From an uncultured Clostridia bacterium (GTDB taxonomy: Bacteria > Acidobacteriota > Aminicenantia > UBA2199), in the NCBI GenBank assembly GCA_964457225.1, contig CAYWEM010000001.1, positions 78,012 to 142,011 on the forward strand: DNA of 64,000 nt, read 5' to 3'. Made by a program: the position numbers and the translations under genes. The first letter of the stretch is position 1; each line of letters begins with the position of its first letter. The notes under the pieces were generated by a model. The model was given only the letters and a program-made list of their open reading frames with translations. It was not told the DNA's origin and ran no database searches. Of the stretch, positions 17,921 through 28,029 are shown piece by piece.

Positions 17921-19240
17921 TCACTCTTTCTTGAATATGAACCGGCCGCCGCCCTGTTTTAAAACGAAGGAACCGGCCTTGGGATCGAACTCCATCACGA
18001 GCCCTGTCGGGTCAAAGGAAAATCGGTCTTTCCCGGTGGCCTCGAGCGGAATGGCCGACTGCCCGGTGGCCTGGGCCACCAGTGTCGCTCCATCCCTGCT
18101 CAGCGTGATCTTCAGCGGCAACTGTTCCGAGGCGTAAACTCCAAGGTATTGCTCCAGGTCTTCGGGCTTGAGCTCGTAACACTCAAAGCTGGGCAGTTCA
18201 TAGGGCAAATCGAAAGCCGCACTGAGTACGGCGAGGGAAATGTCGTTGTTGTTGTAGTTGCTGCCGTTGGAAACCTGGGCATAGGATATTCCGCCTTCCT
18301 CGAAATGACAAAAAACCGAGGCGAAACCGTCAATCCCGCCTGTATGCCCGTAACCGATCTTCCCCTGAAGGGGGAGCTGAAAAAGCCCGGCGCCGTACCT
18401 GTCTTTGACGGTTTTCATGAACTGCAGACTGTCCGGTTTGAGCAGTTTCCCGCCGAACAGCGCATCACTGAACCGGACCAGGTCCCGGGGGTTTGAGACT
18501 ATACCGCCGGCGCCCATCGGGATAGACATGTCCGTTTCCGGTTCAACCAGCCATTCACCACTGAAGCGGTACGATCTGGACTCATTCCGAGCCGGGTCTA
18601 TCCTGCCGCCCAGGTAGGTGTTTTTCAGTCCAAGCGGCTTGGCAATCATTTCCAACAGGATCTCCGAGTAGCTCTTTTTGAAACTCCTCTCCAGGATGTA
18701 GCTCAGCAGTACGTAGTTTGAATTGCTGTATTGGGCCTTGCTGCCCGGCTCAAAATCACTGCCGGCGGCGGCGATGATCTCCACCATTTCCTGCTCGGTT
18801 TTGGGCCGGGTGTTCCAGCTCAGGTACCCGGCATCATCGGTGAAGTTGTGTATGCCGCTGCGGTGAGTCAGCAGGTGAGCCAGGGTGATGTTTTCCGCCC
18901 GTGGCACTGTGGGAAAGAACTCCCGGATAGTCTGGTCCAGGGCCAGTTTACCGGCTTCAACCGCTTTGAGGACCAAAACGGCGGTGAAGGTCTTTGAAAT
19001 GGAGCCGATCCGGTACTTGGAATGTTCATCGGCTTTAAGACCCTGCTCCACATCGGTCGATCCGACCGTTCTGAGGTAGATGAACTCTCCGTCACGGGCC
19101 AGGGCCACACTGCCCATGAACTTGTTGGCGGTCTCCAGGGCATCGAAATACAGGTCCAATTTGGCCTGGTCGAAATCCCGACCCGGTCCGGGCAAAAACA
19201 GTGCTCCGATGAGCACAGCCAGGATAATGCTCTTTTTCAT
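17921..19240 (-). CDS. Secreted serine hydrolase of the beta-lactamase / DD-peptidase family
   Basis: SxxK (SISKTF), YxN (YSNSNY) and HTGG (KTG-like) triad motifs. Start at MKKSIILAVLIGALFL (signal peptide) with a GAGGAG RBS. Confidence 0.7.
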   Translation of the reverse strand: MKKSIILAVLIGALFLPGPGRDFDQAKLDLYFDALETANKFMGSVALARDGEFIYLRTVGSTDVEQGLKADEHSKYRIGSISKTFTAVLVLKAVEAGKLALDQTIREFFPTVPRAENITLAHLLTHRSGIHNFTDDAGYLSWNTRPKTEQEMVEIIAAAGSDFEPGSKAQYSNSNYVLLSYILERSFKKSYSEILLEMIAKPLGLKNTYLGGRIDPARNESRSYRFSGEWLVEPETDMSIPMGAGGIVSNPRDLVRFSDALFGGKLLKPDSLQFMKTVKDRYGAGLFQLPLQGKIGYGHTGGIDGFASVFCHFEEGGISYAQVSNGSNYNNNDISLAVLSAAFDLPYELPSFECYELKPEDLEQYLGVYASEQLPLKITLSRDGATLVAQATGQSAIPLEATGKDRFSFDPTGLVMEFDPKAGSFVLKQGGGRFIFKKE

Positions 19241-19418
19241 GGTACTGCTCCTCGCTTGAATCAAGTTTCAATCACATGCAGTATACGGACCAAGCCGGTC
19301 CCCGGTTTTGCTGAACCGCCTGCCGCCTCACAGGAAGCGGGCCTTGATTTTTCACCGGAAATCACGTATTGTTTCGTATCAACATACCTCCCCCGTTATA
19401 GGGGCATTCACTTACGAC

Positions 19419-20114
19419 ATGAAGGAGAAGAAAGTATACGCCGTACTGCGCGGGATAAACCCGGGCATCTACCACGACTGGCCGAGCGCCCGCGAGCAGG
19501 TTTTCGGATTTCCGGGAGCCGTTTACTGTGGTTTTGCAAGTGAAAAAGAAGCCGTGCAATGGCTCTCGACCGGGAAAACAGGCATCCAGAAAAAGAATTC
19601 CGAAACAAAAAAAAACAGGCCCCCGGTCATTGCCCCGGCTGAACCTGTTACGGGCGAAACGGTTGTTTACAGCGATGGTGCGGCCCTGGGCAATCCAGGC
19701 CCGGGAGGTTTCGGGGCGGTCATCCTCTGCCAGGGCAAACAAACCGAGCTAAGCGGCGCTTTCAGCCGCACCACCAACAACCGCATGGAAATGCTGGCCG
19801 TGATCAAGGCCCTGGAACATTTGCCTAACCCCCTGCTGCCGGTCAGAATCTACAGTGATTCAAGTTACCTGGTCAACGGTATAAACCGGGGCTGGGCAGT
19901 AAACTGGCGCCGGAACGGCTGGCTGAAACCTGACAAAACAGAGGCCCGCAACCGGGATCTCTGGAGCCGCCTGCTTGACCTGCTGGCCCCCCTGCAGGTG
20001 AGTTTTTACTGGCTGCGCGGCCATGCCGGCAACCAATGGAACGAATACTGCGACCGGCTGGCCGTGAATGCGGCCCGAAACGGCCCCTGGGAAAAAGATC
20101 ATGGTTTCAGCTGA
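19419..20114 (+). CDS. rnhA: Ribonuclease HI with an N-terminal RNase-H-binding (dsRHbd-like) domain
   Basis: N-terminal KKVYAVLRGINPGIYHDWPSAREQVFGFPGAVYCGF. C-terminal RNase H motifs VYSDGAALGNPGPGGFG, NNRMEMLAVIKALE, IYSDSSYLVN, NEYCDRLA. ATG at 19419. Confidence 0.8.
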   Translation: MKEKKVYAVLRGINPGIYHDWPSAREQVFGFPGAVYCGFASEKEAVQWLSTGKTGIQKKNSETKKNRPPVIAPAEPVTGETVVYSDGAALGNPGPGGFGAVILCQGKQTELSGAFSRTTNNRMEMLAVIKALEHLPNPLLPVRIYSDSSYLVNGINRGWAVNWRRNGWLKPDKTEARNRDLWSRLLDLLAPLQVSFYWLRGHAGNQWNEYCDRLAVNAARNGPWEKDHGFS

Positions 20115-20262
20115 ACTTTTTTTCCTGAAAAACAGCAAAAGAGTTTTTCCGGAATCCTGCAAGAAAGATGCTTTTTAATTGTTTAAGAAAAATGAAATTT
20201 AATTCAGTTACATTTCTGTCTTCTTTTACGTCCCTATTTTTTTCCTTTGCAAGGAAACACCG

Positions 20263-21498
20263 ATGAAGAAAAAATCTTTCACCAAAAAACAAATCCTGCT
20301 GGCCGCATTGATCGTGCCGGTGATTTTATTGAGCTGGTTTATTTACAATAAAGCCCGCCCCGAATCCGGACCCGGTGGCCCGGGCGGCAATGTGGCCGTG
20401 GCCGTTGAGACGGCCCCGATCACCACCAGTTCCATCAGCGACCTGGGCCATTTCACCGGCACTCTGACCGCCAATTCCCACGTCACGGTGGCACCCAAGA
20501 TTTCCGGCCGCCTGAACAGGCTGCTGGTCAACATCGGCGACCCGGTACGCAGCGGCCAGCTGGTGGCCGTGCTGGAAGATGAAGAATACCGCCAGCAAGT
20601 CATCCAGGCCGAGGCCGACCTCAACGTGGCCGCGGCCAACCTGGAGGAAGCCCGCAGTGCCCTGGCCATGGCCGAACGCAACCTGGAACGCACCCGCGCC
20701 CTGCATCAGACCGGGATCCAGTCCGATGCCCAGCTCGACCAGGTAACAGCCCAGCACCAGGCCCAGTCAGCCAGGTACAACGTGGCCCTGGCCCAGCTGG
20801 CCAATCGTGAAGCCGCCCTGGAAAGCGCCAGGGTACGTCTTTCCTATACCAGGATCAGTGCATCCTGGGAGCGCGACAACCAGGTCCGCTACGTGGGCGA
20901 ACGATTCACCGACGAAGGTGCGCTGTTGAGTACCAATACGCCCATACTGTCTATCGTTGAACTGCAGCCGATTACCGCGGTGATTCACGTGACCGACCGC
21001 GATTACTTTCGACTGCAGGCCGGCCAACCTGCCCTGGTTACCAGCACCGCCTTTCCCGGTAAATCCTTCCCGGGCAAAATAGTACGCATCGCCCCCCTGC
21101 TCCAGGAAACCTCGCGCCAGGCCCGGGTGGAAATCGAAGTGCTGAACCGGGAAAAACAACTCAAACCGGGTATGTTCATCAGTACCCGGATTGAATTCGC
21201 CAGCCGTGACCAGGTCACCGTAGTCCCGTTCAATTCCCTGGCCAACCGCGAAGGTCAGCAGGGGGTATTCCTGGTCGACCGGGCCAACCGCAGGGCCCGC
21301 TTTACTCCGGTCCGGATCGGCATCATCGAGGGTGATCGGGTGGAAATCCTTGAACCGGCTGATATTTCCGGCGAGGTGGTCACCCTGGGCCACTACCTGC
21401 TGGAAATGGAAGGCGGAATAATCCTCTCCGCATCGCCCGCCAAGCCGGCTGATTCGGAGAATGCTGAAAACAACGGCACCGAGGGAGGAAAACCGTGA
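20263..21498 (+). CDS. RND efflux periplasmic adaptor (HlyD/MFP family)
   Basis: N-terminal TM anchor, then a coiled-coil hairpin (QQVIQAEADLNVAAANLEEARSALAMAERNLERT) and beta-barrel/lipoyl segments. Overlaps the downstream permease by 4 bp. Confidence 0.8.
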   Translation: MKKKSFTKKQILLAALIVPVILLSWFIYNKARPESGPGGPGGNVAVAVETAPITTSSISDLGHFTGTLTANSHVTVAPKISGRLNRLLVNIGDPVRSGQLVAVLEDEEYRQQVIQAEADLNVAAANLEEARSALAMAERNLERTRALHQTGIQSDAQLDQVTAQHQAQSARYNVALAQLANREAALESARVRLSYTRISASWERDNQVRYVGERFTDEGALLSTNTPILSIVELQPITAVIHVTDRDYFRLQAGQPALVTSTAFPGKSFPGKIVRIAPLLQETSRQARVEIEVLNREKQLKPGMFISTRIEFASRDQVTVVPFNSLANREGQQGVFLVDRANRRARFTPVRIGIIEGDRVEILEPADISGEVVTLGHYLLEMEGGIILSASPAKPADSENAENNGTEGGKP

Positions 21499-24400
21499 AC
21501 ATATCTGATTTTTCCATCAGGCGCCCGGTCTTCACGGTCATGCTCACCCTGGCCATCATAGCCGTCGGCCTGGTTTCTGTCAGCCGCCTGCCGATCGACC
21601 TGATGCCGGACATCACGTTCCCCACTCTGAACATAATGACCTCCTACGAAAACACCGGGCCCGAAGAGATAGAACAGATCATCACCAGGCCGATAGAGGA
21701 AGCAATGAGCGCCGTGCCCGGTGTTGAAGAGGTATTCTCGGTTTCCTCGGAGGGTAACAGCAACGTCAGGGTGATGTTTTCCTGGGGCGTTGATCTCAAC
21801 GCCGCGGCCGACGATGTCCGTGAACGGCTCGACCGGGTTATATCCCGACTCCCGGACGACGTCAGCCGCCCCACCCTGCGCAAATTTGACCCGGCCATGT
21901 GGCCGATCATGGTTATCGGCGCCATGAGCAACCTGGACCCGATCCAGACCCGCCAGATAATCGATGAACAGATCGCCTACCGGATTGAGCGAGTTCCGGG
22001 AGTGGCTTCAATGGACGTCTGGGGCGGACATGAAAGAGAAATCCAGGTCAACCTGCACGCCGACAAGATAAAGGCCCTGGGACTGCCGCTCGATCTGATC
22101 ATCAGTCGTATCCGTGAAGGCAACGTCGACCTGCCGGCCGGGGTTATCGAAAGAGGCAACTACGAAATACTGATCAGGATTCCCGGCGTGTTCAACAACC
22201 TCGAAGAAATACGCGACACGGTGGTGGCCACCCGCGAAGCCGTACCCATCAGGTTGCGTGAAATCGCCGAAATCAACGACACTTTCAGGCGCATAACCCG
22301 CATCGTCAGGATCAACGGTGTTCCCGGAACGCGTATTGCCATTTACAAGCAATCCGGCACCAACACGGTCAACGTCGCCGAAGGAGTTTTAAAGGAGATA
22401 GCCAGGATCCAGGAGGACATTCCCCAGATCCAGCTGATCCCGGTGCGCGACAGTTCCGAATACATCAAGAACGCCATTACCAACGTCAGTTCCACCGCGG
22501 TTTACGGAGGGATACTGGCCGTTTTCGTACTGCTTTTCTTTCTCAACAGCCTGCGCAGCACCCTGGTCATAGCCACGGCTATCCCGGTTTCGATAATCGC
22601 CACCTTTTCACTCATCTATTTCGGCGGCTTCACGCTGAACATTCTGACCCTGGGCGGACTGGCCCTGGGCATCGGCATGCTGGTCGACAACTCGATCGTC
22701 GTCCTGGAAAACATCTTCCGCCTGCAGGAGAACGGTGAAGCCCCGGTCAAGGCGGCTTCGCTGGGCACCAGCGAGGTCTCTTCAGCCATCGTGGCCAGCA
22801 CCCTGACCACCCTGGCCGTTTTCATGCCCATGGTCTTCGTACGCGGCATGGCCGGCATCATGTTCAAACAATTGGCCTACGTGGTCAGTTTCGCCCTGAT
22901 ATGCTCACTGGTTGTAGCCCTGACCCTGATCCCGATGCTCTCCAGCCGCTTCCTGAAAAGCAGCGACGTCTCCCATGAAAATCTGCAGGGCCCGATCGCC
23001 CGGATGGTTAAACTCATCCGCGTTTTTTTCACCCGGCTGGAAAACTCCTATAAAAAAATGCTGCATTTTTCCCTCAACCACCGTATCAAGGTACTGCTGT
23101 CCGTGGCCCTGCTGCTCGGCGGCAGTATCGCCCTGGTCAGGCTGGTCGGCAACGAGTTCATGCCGGCCACCGACGAGGGGGAAGTGCGCCTGACCATTGA
23201 AATGGAAGTAGGCACGCGCCTCGGCGTGATTGACGAGCGCTTCAGAACCATCTCCGAAATAGTACGTCGGGAAGTGCCGGAACTGGCCAGCATTGAAGAA
23301 AGTATCGGGGGCGGCGGCTGGCGCATGGGTTCCCAGACCGGCAACATAACCATCAAACTGCCGCCCAAAAACCAGCGGACCCGCTCCAGCGAAGAGGTGG
23401 CGGCCGTCCTGCGCCGCAATCTCCGGGACATTCCCGGCGCGGTGATCAGGGCCCGGGCCAGCGGCGGCCAGTTTTTCATGCGCGGCGGCGGAGGCCAGGA
23501 AAGAGTTCAGGTGGAAATCCGGGGCTTCAACCTGGAAACCAGTGAAGCGCTTTCCCAGCAGGTAAAAAGAATTGTCGAGAACGTACCCGGAGTGTCCGAC
23601 GTGCGTCTCAGCCGCGACCTTGGTAAACCGGAAGAAATGCTGGTCATCGACCGCAAAGCGGCGGCCGACATGAAGCTGTCCGTTTCCCAGATCGGACGCA
23701 CCGTGCAGACGGTGCTGACCGGCACCCAGGCCAGCACCTACCGCGAAGGCGGAGACGAATTCCGCATCCTGGTCAAGGTCAAGGACGCTGAATACATGTC
23801 GATGGAAGACATTCTCAACCTGACCCTGACCAACAGCGACGGTGTCCCGGTCAGCCTGCGCAACGTGGTGGAAGTCAGGCCGCGCAGCGGCCCCCAGCGC
23901 ATAGAAAGGAGAGACCGGGAAAGAGTGCTGACCATTTCAGCTGAAATAGAGGATCGGGACCTGGGATCCATCCTGGCCGATGTCCGGGCCGGCATCAGGA
24001 CCATTCCAATCCCCCGTGATTTCAGTATCACCTTTACCGGTGATTTCGAAGAACAGCAGAAGGCTTTCCGCGAACTGCTGGTCAGCATACTGTTGGCGCT
24101 CATGCTGGTTTACATGATCATGGCCATGCTGTACGAATCACTGCGTGATCCGTTGATCGTCATGTTTTCGGTACCCCTGGCGGCCATCGGCGTAATCTGG
24201 ATGCTGCTTTTGACCGGCACCACCTTCAACATCCAATCCTACATAGGCTGTATCATGCTGGGCGGCATAGTGGTCAACAACGCCATCCTGCTGGTGGACC
24301 ACATCAACCTGCTGCGCCTGCGCGACAAGCTGGACATGCGGGAAGCAATAGAGGAAGCCTGCCGGCGCCGTCTGCGGCCGATCCTGATGACCGCCCTGAC

Positions 24401-24572
24401 CACCATCATGGCCATGCTGCCCCTGGCCATGGGTCTGCGTGAAGGCAGTGAGGCCCAGGCTCCGATGGCCCGGGCCGTGGTCGGAGGATTGCTGAGCTCA
24501 ACCCTGATAACCCTGATAGTCATCCCGCTGGTCTATTCCTTCCTGGCTTCCCGTAAAAGCCGCGAATACTGA
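21495..24572 (+). CDS. RND efflux transporter permease (AcrB/CzcA superfamily), 1025 aa
   Basis: 12-TM architecture with two large periplasmic loops. Conserved N-terminal [28 protein letters not shown] start coupled to the adaptor gene. Confidence 0.85.
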   Translation: MNISDFSIRRPVFTVMLTLAIIAVGLVSVSRLPIDLMPDITFPTLNIMTSYENTGPEEIEQIITRPIEEAMSAVPGVEEVFSVSSEGNSNVRVMFSWGVDLNAAADDVRERLDRVISRLPDDVSRPTLRKFDPAMWPIMVIGAMSNLDPIQTRQIIDEQIAYRIERVPGVASMDVWGGHEREIQVNLHADKIKALGLPLDLIISRIREGNVDLPAGVIERGNYEILIRIPGVFNNLEEIRDTVVATREAVPIRLREIAEINDTFRRITRIVRINGVPGTRIAIYKQSGTNTVNVAEGVLKEIARIQEDIPQIQLIPVRDSSEYIKNAITNVSSTAVYGGILAVFVLLFFLNSLRSTLVIATAIPVSIIATFSLIYFGGFTLNILTLGGLALGIGMLVDNSIVVLENIFRLQENGEAPVKAASLGTSEVSSAIVASTLTTLAVFMPMVFVRGMAGIMFKQLAYVVSFALICSLVVALTLIPMLSSRFLKSSDVSHENLQGPIARMVKLIRVFFTRLENSYKKMLHFSLNHRIKVLLSVALLLGGSIALVRLVGNEFMPATDEGEVRLTIEMEVGTRLGVIDERFRTISEIVRREVPELASIEESIGGGGWRMGSQTGNITIKLPPKNQRTRSSEEVAAVLRRNLRDIPGAVIRARASGGQFFMRGGGGQERVQVEIRGFNLETSEALSQQVKRIVENVPGVSDVRLSRDLGKPEEMLVIDRKAAADMKLSVSQIGRTVQTVLTGTQASTYREGGDEFRILVKVKDAEYMSMEDILNLTLTNSDGVPVSLRNVVEVRPRSGPQRIERRDRERVLTISAEIEDRDLGSILADVRAGIRTIPIPRDFSITFTGDFEEQQKAFRELLVSILLALMLVYMIMAMLYESLRDPLIVMFSVPLAAIGVIWMLLLTGTTFNIQSYIGCIMLGGIVVNNAILLVDHINLLRLRDKLDMREAIEEACRRRLRPILMTALTTIMAMLPLAMGLREGSEAQAPMARAVVGGLLSSTLITLIVIPLVYSFLASRKSREY

Positions 24573-24696
24573 GCTCAGCCCCAAACGACCGGCCTCATCA
24601 GCCCGGCAACGGCGTATTGCCGCCGATCCCTTTTTCCAGCCCTGATGAGTCGGTTGACATTTTTACCCCCGGAGGCGTATAGATAAATCATGAAAC

Positions 24697-26538
24697 ATGG
24701 ATAAAAAGGAACTGCTGCTGATATCCGGACTTTTGCGCGACAAGAAGCTGAGGATCACCCGCAAATCGATCGCTGAAAAAACCGACTGCCTGGCCAGGGC
24801 CGGTGAGTTTTTCCCAGACGTTCAGCAGAAAGCATTGTTGATTCAACTGCTGCACAGCTATGAAACGACCAAAAAGAAAGTTGTGATCGTCATGGATGAA
24901 AACAGCTTGCCCGACAATCCCGCCGCGGCCAGGATAAACCTCGGGGTCCTGGCCGAAGACTGGGTGGGCATGTCCAATTCGATACTCGGCATCGTTCACC
25001 AGAACGCCCAGAACGTGCATTACGCCAAGGCCCTGACCATGGATTACCTGGAAACGGAAATAGGAGCCGTCATCCTCTCCTTCGTGATCAGCGACCCGGT
25101 CCGCCTGCACACCTTCCGCAACGAACGCCGGAAGATAATGGAAAAGATCCGGACGGCCTCTCAGGGCAGTACCACCAAGACCATGCTCCTGGAAGATGAA
25201 ACCATCAAGTTTGAAATCTACGACCGCACGGTCAGGCTGATCCGCAGAACCTACAAGGAGAACGACCTGGACGAGATAATCGGCGAAAAGGGTGAAGCAC
25301 TCAAGTTCTTTTCCTCGCGCTCCCGGGAATACCTGCAGGAAAGAAGAATCCGTGACCTGGCCACCATGATCGTCACCAATCATCGCTTCCAGAAAATGAT
25401 CAGGGAAGGCCGCTCCAAAAAAAAGATCAGGATCGACAATTTCACCACCAAGGACGAAAAGCTGACCGGGATTACATTCGCCTGCGCCAACAATCGTTTT
25501 TCCGTGGACAATTTCCTGAAAATACTCGATTTTATCGTTCCGGGCTATGTCATCAAGCATCACAAGAGTTTCGTTTCCCAGGACGACATCCTGGTTTACC
25601 GGATAGAAATCGTTGACCGTAACCACGAATGGCTGGATCCGAAAATAATCCGCTCGATCGCCATGGCCCTCGACAAGACCATTGACACGGCCTTTGACGC
25701 CAGTTTCACCCAGATCAAGAACATCGGGGGTTTTGAACACTTCGCCCGCGCCATAATCCCCTTTCTGATAAACGAAACCCGGAATACCCGCACCACCCAG
25801 GTTTTTTTCAGTGTCAGCAAAAAAACCCAATTCAACCTGGATCTCAAGATCATAGTGGTCACCCAACTCAAGGGCAAGGCCAGGACCGCCGCCCTGATCC
25901 GCAGGCTGGAAGACATTCCCGGAATAGATATCACCGCGATAGTTCCGCCCAGGGTTTACTCCAACAACGTTGAAATCAACGTATTCAACCTGAACGTACT
26001 CCTGTCCGAGTTTGCTTCGATCAACGCCATTTTCACCACCCTGCGTTCAGTCCTCAAGAGGTTTTTTGGAGAAATCAGGGATTTTGACGCCGGCATCAGA
26101 GAAGCCGACCTGCGGGTACTCCACGAGCTGTTGGAAGAATTCAAGGACAAAAACCCGGTGCTGATCCGCAAGATTTTCTACAAGCTCGACGAAATCTACC
26201 GCATCGAAACACCTTTGCAGGTCCTGCGCGAAATCATGGAACTGAGCCATGAAACGGTTACCCAAGCCGGTCAGGTCACCCAGCGACGTATCTTTTTCCG
26301 AAGTAAAAACGTGCCCCATCCGGCGGGAAAGGGATTTCTCAAAACCTTGCTGGTGGTTTCCTACCCAAGGGAAAACAACCTGCTGAAAAGAATAGCGGGC
26401 CACCTGGAAGGTATTGAAACCTATTTCAGCAAAATAGAATGGGACCAGAGAATACTGCTGATCCTGACCTTGAAAAAAAGCGGCCGGGCCCTGGAGCAGG
26501 GTGAAATCAACGCCATCACCTCCATGTTCAACGCCTGA
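24697..26538 (+). CDS. Hypothetical 613-aa protein containing about four ACT-like small-molecule-binding domains
   Basis: Repeated beta-alpha-beta-beta-alpha-beta style segments beginning LGVLAEDW.., ITFACANN.., LKIIVVTQL.., LLVVSYPR... No catalytic motif recognised. Confidence 0.35.
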   Translation: MDKKELLLISGLLRDKKLRITRKSIAEKTDCLARAGEFFPDVQQKALLIQLLHSYETTKKKVVIVMDENSLPDNPAAARINLGVLAEDWVGMSNSILGIVHQNAQNVHYAKALTMDYLETEIGAVILSFVISDPVRLHTFRNERRKIMEKIRTASQGSTTKTMLLEDETIKFEIYDRTVRLIRRTYKENDLDEIIGEKGEALKFFSSRSREYLQERRIRDLATMIVTNHRFQKMIREGRSKKKIRIDNFTTKDEKLTGITFACANNRFSVDNFLKILDFIVPGYVIKHHKSFVSQDDILVYRIEIVDRNHEWLDPKIIRSIAMALDKTIDTAFDASFTQIKNIGGFEHFARAIIPFLINETRNTRTTQVFFSVSKKTQFNLDLKIIVVTQLKGKARTAALIRRLEDIPGIDITAIVPPRVYSNNVEINVFNLNVLLSEFASINAIFTTLRSVLKRFFGEIRDFDAGIREADLRVLHELLEEFKDKNPVLIRKIFYKLDEIYRIETPLQVLREIMELSHETVTQAGQVTQRRIFFRSKNVPHPAGKGFLKTLLVVSYPRENNLLKRIAGHLEGIETYFSKIEWDQRILLILTLKKSGRALEQGEINAITSMFNA

Positions 26539-26615
26539 CGGCAGGCGGGACGCCATTTTCTTGACGGGGGTAAAGTTTTTTTTTGACAGGCCGATAAATT
26601 GATTGGCATATTAAG

Positions 26616-26840
26616 ATGAAAATAAACGAGATTGCTCTGCAGCAGGTGTTGCGAACTTACGGTTCATCCCTGCGACTGCCCGGCTGGCGTGAAAAATCAG
26701 GCCAGAACGCCGCAGGCAGAGAAAATCGCGAAGTGGAAGTACTGAAAAACATGGAAACCCACGATATAAATTACGACGTCAAGGCCCGCATTCAAAGGGA
26801 AGCAGACGGCTCCAGCAGAATCATCGACTTCCTCGATTGA
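26616..26840 (+). CDS. Small hypothetical protein (74 aa)
   Basis: Compact ORF between the ACT-domain gene and the sigma-54 promoter. No recognisable motif. Confidence 0.3.
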   Translation: MKINEIALQQVLRTYGSSLRLPGWREKSGQNAAGRENREVEVLKNMETHDINYDVKARIQREADGSSRIIDFLD

Positions 26841-26858
26841 TTGGCATCCAAATTGCTT
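26841..26858 (+). promoter_or_regulatory. Sigma-54 (-24/-12) promoter: TTGGCATccaaaTTGCT
   Basis: GG and GC elements are at the exact canonical spacing (TGGCAC-N5-TTGCW) with two mismatches. It lies 23 nt upstream of ATG 26881 of an operon that itself encodes a sigma-54 activator. Confidence 0.5.
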
Positions 26859-26880
26859 GCAGTGATTGGAGCTGAAAACG

Positions 26881-28029
26881 ATGAAAAAAGCTTTACTGCT
26901 CAGTGATGATCAGAATTTAGTTCCGGAATTGCGGGCGGCCCTGGGCCAGGCGCGGCTGGAAACGCGGCCGGCCGGTGATTACCGTAAAATCCCCGCCGGA
27001 CTGGACTTGCTTGTCTTTGACGCCGACCAGGCCCCCCGTACGCGTATACTATCCCTGGCCCGCTCCATGGCCGGCCGGCAGATTCCGCTGGTCTGCATCG
27101 CCGGGGACATCAGCGGCCCGGAAACTGCAGAGCTTCTGAACGGAGGAGTGGCCGCCGTTCTGTTCCGCGGGCAACCCGTAACGGCCTGGACCCGGGAAAT
27201 AGGCCGCCTGCGCGGTCTGCGGCGGCGGGCCCGCCTGATCCGGGCCTCCCTGGAAAATGACAACAAAACCCGCTTCCTGCTGGACAGTTTCACCAGGATG
27301 ACGGCGGACAAGCCGATCCAGGAAAACCTGAAGAGGATCGTCCAATCAATCCAGCAGACCTTTCCCCGCTTTGCGGTTTTTCTCTTCCTGGTCTCCAGGG
27401 GTAAAATCAGCGCCCGCCTGCAATCCGGTCCAGATTCCACCGGCCTGGCCGAGGCTGAATGGTCCCTGGCCGAGCCTCCGGCCTGGCTGAAAACGATGAC
27501 CAGGAACCGGAAAATCACCAGGATCACGATGGCCGGCGAGGGGAAATCTTTTCCCCTGAACAGCCATCTTTGCCCCTTGTTCATGAAGGAGCAGTTCGCC
27601 GGTTTTCTGGCCCTGGCAGCCGAGCCTGGAGACGGATCCTCCCCCCTCTCCCGCCACGACCGGCTTCTGCTGGTCGGCTTCGCCGAATTCGCCGCCCTGA
27701 CCCTGGAAAACGGCAAATTGCTGAACGATGTACTGCGCACCCGGGAAAAACTGATCAGGCAGGAAAAAAAGAACCTGCTGGCCCAGATGGTGGTAAGTCT
27801 TAACCACGAGATCAACAATCCGCTCAGCATCATTTCAATGGAAACCCAATTACTTGAGCGCGACCTGAACGGCAGCCGGGACCGGCTTTCTTCCCGGCTC
27901 AACAACATAAACAACAGTGTCCAGCGTATCCAGAGATTGTTGGAAAAAATAACTTCACTGCAGGTTGAGAACTACGAAACCATAGCTTACACCTCGCGCA
28001 AGGCCATGCTCAAGCTTCATGAAAACTGA
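26881..28029 (+). CDS. Signalling protein: receiver-like domain + GAF-like domain + HisKA (DHp) domain, no HATPase_c domain
   Basis: N-terminus LLLSDDQN...LDLLVFDAD (receiver acidic pocket). C-terminal H-box VVSLNHEINNPLSII. The protein ends ~30 aa later without N/G1/G2 boxes. The ORF-track TTG start is at 26866; the ATG is at 26881. Confidence 0.55.
   Translation: MKKALLLSDDQNLVPELRAALGQARLETRPAGDYRKIPAGLDLLVFDADQAPRTRILSLARSMAGRQIPLVCIAGDISGPETAELLNGGVAAVLFRGQPVTAWTREIGRLRGLRRRARLIRASLENDNKTRFLLDSFTRMTADKPIQENLKRIVQSIQQTFPRFAVFLFLVSRGKISARLQSGPDSTGLAEAEWSLAEPPAWLKTMTRNRKITRITMAGEGKSFPLNSHLCPLFMKEQFAGFLALAAEPGDGSSPLSRHDRLLLVGFAEFAALTLENGKLLNDVLRTREKLIRQEKKNLLAQMVVSLNHEINNPLSIISMETQLLERDLNGSRDRLSSRLNNINNSVQRIQRLLEKITSLQVENYETIAYTSRKAMLKLHEN

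Noticed and set aside
20326-21393. Several minus-strand ORFs (143-208 aa)
   Set aside because: Antisense to the RND adaptor gene. Gly/Ala/Arg-rich low-complexity translations.
24688-25866. 392-aa minus-strand ORF rich in G/D/V/F
   Set aside because: Mirror-frame ORF antisense to the 613-aa ACT-domain gene. Its composition is typical of spurious antisense frames in high-GC DNA.
26590-26615. Second TGGCAT motif (attggcatattaag) upstream of the 74-aa ORF as a sigma-54 promoter
   Set aside because: No TTGC -12 element at the required spacing. Only the 26841-26858 site fits the consensus.
26979-27914. 311-aa Arg-rich minus-strand ORF, plus nested ORFs
   Set aside because: Antisense to the REC-GAF-DHp gene. 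Arg/Ser-rich spurious frame.
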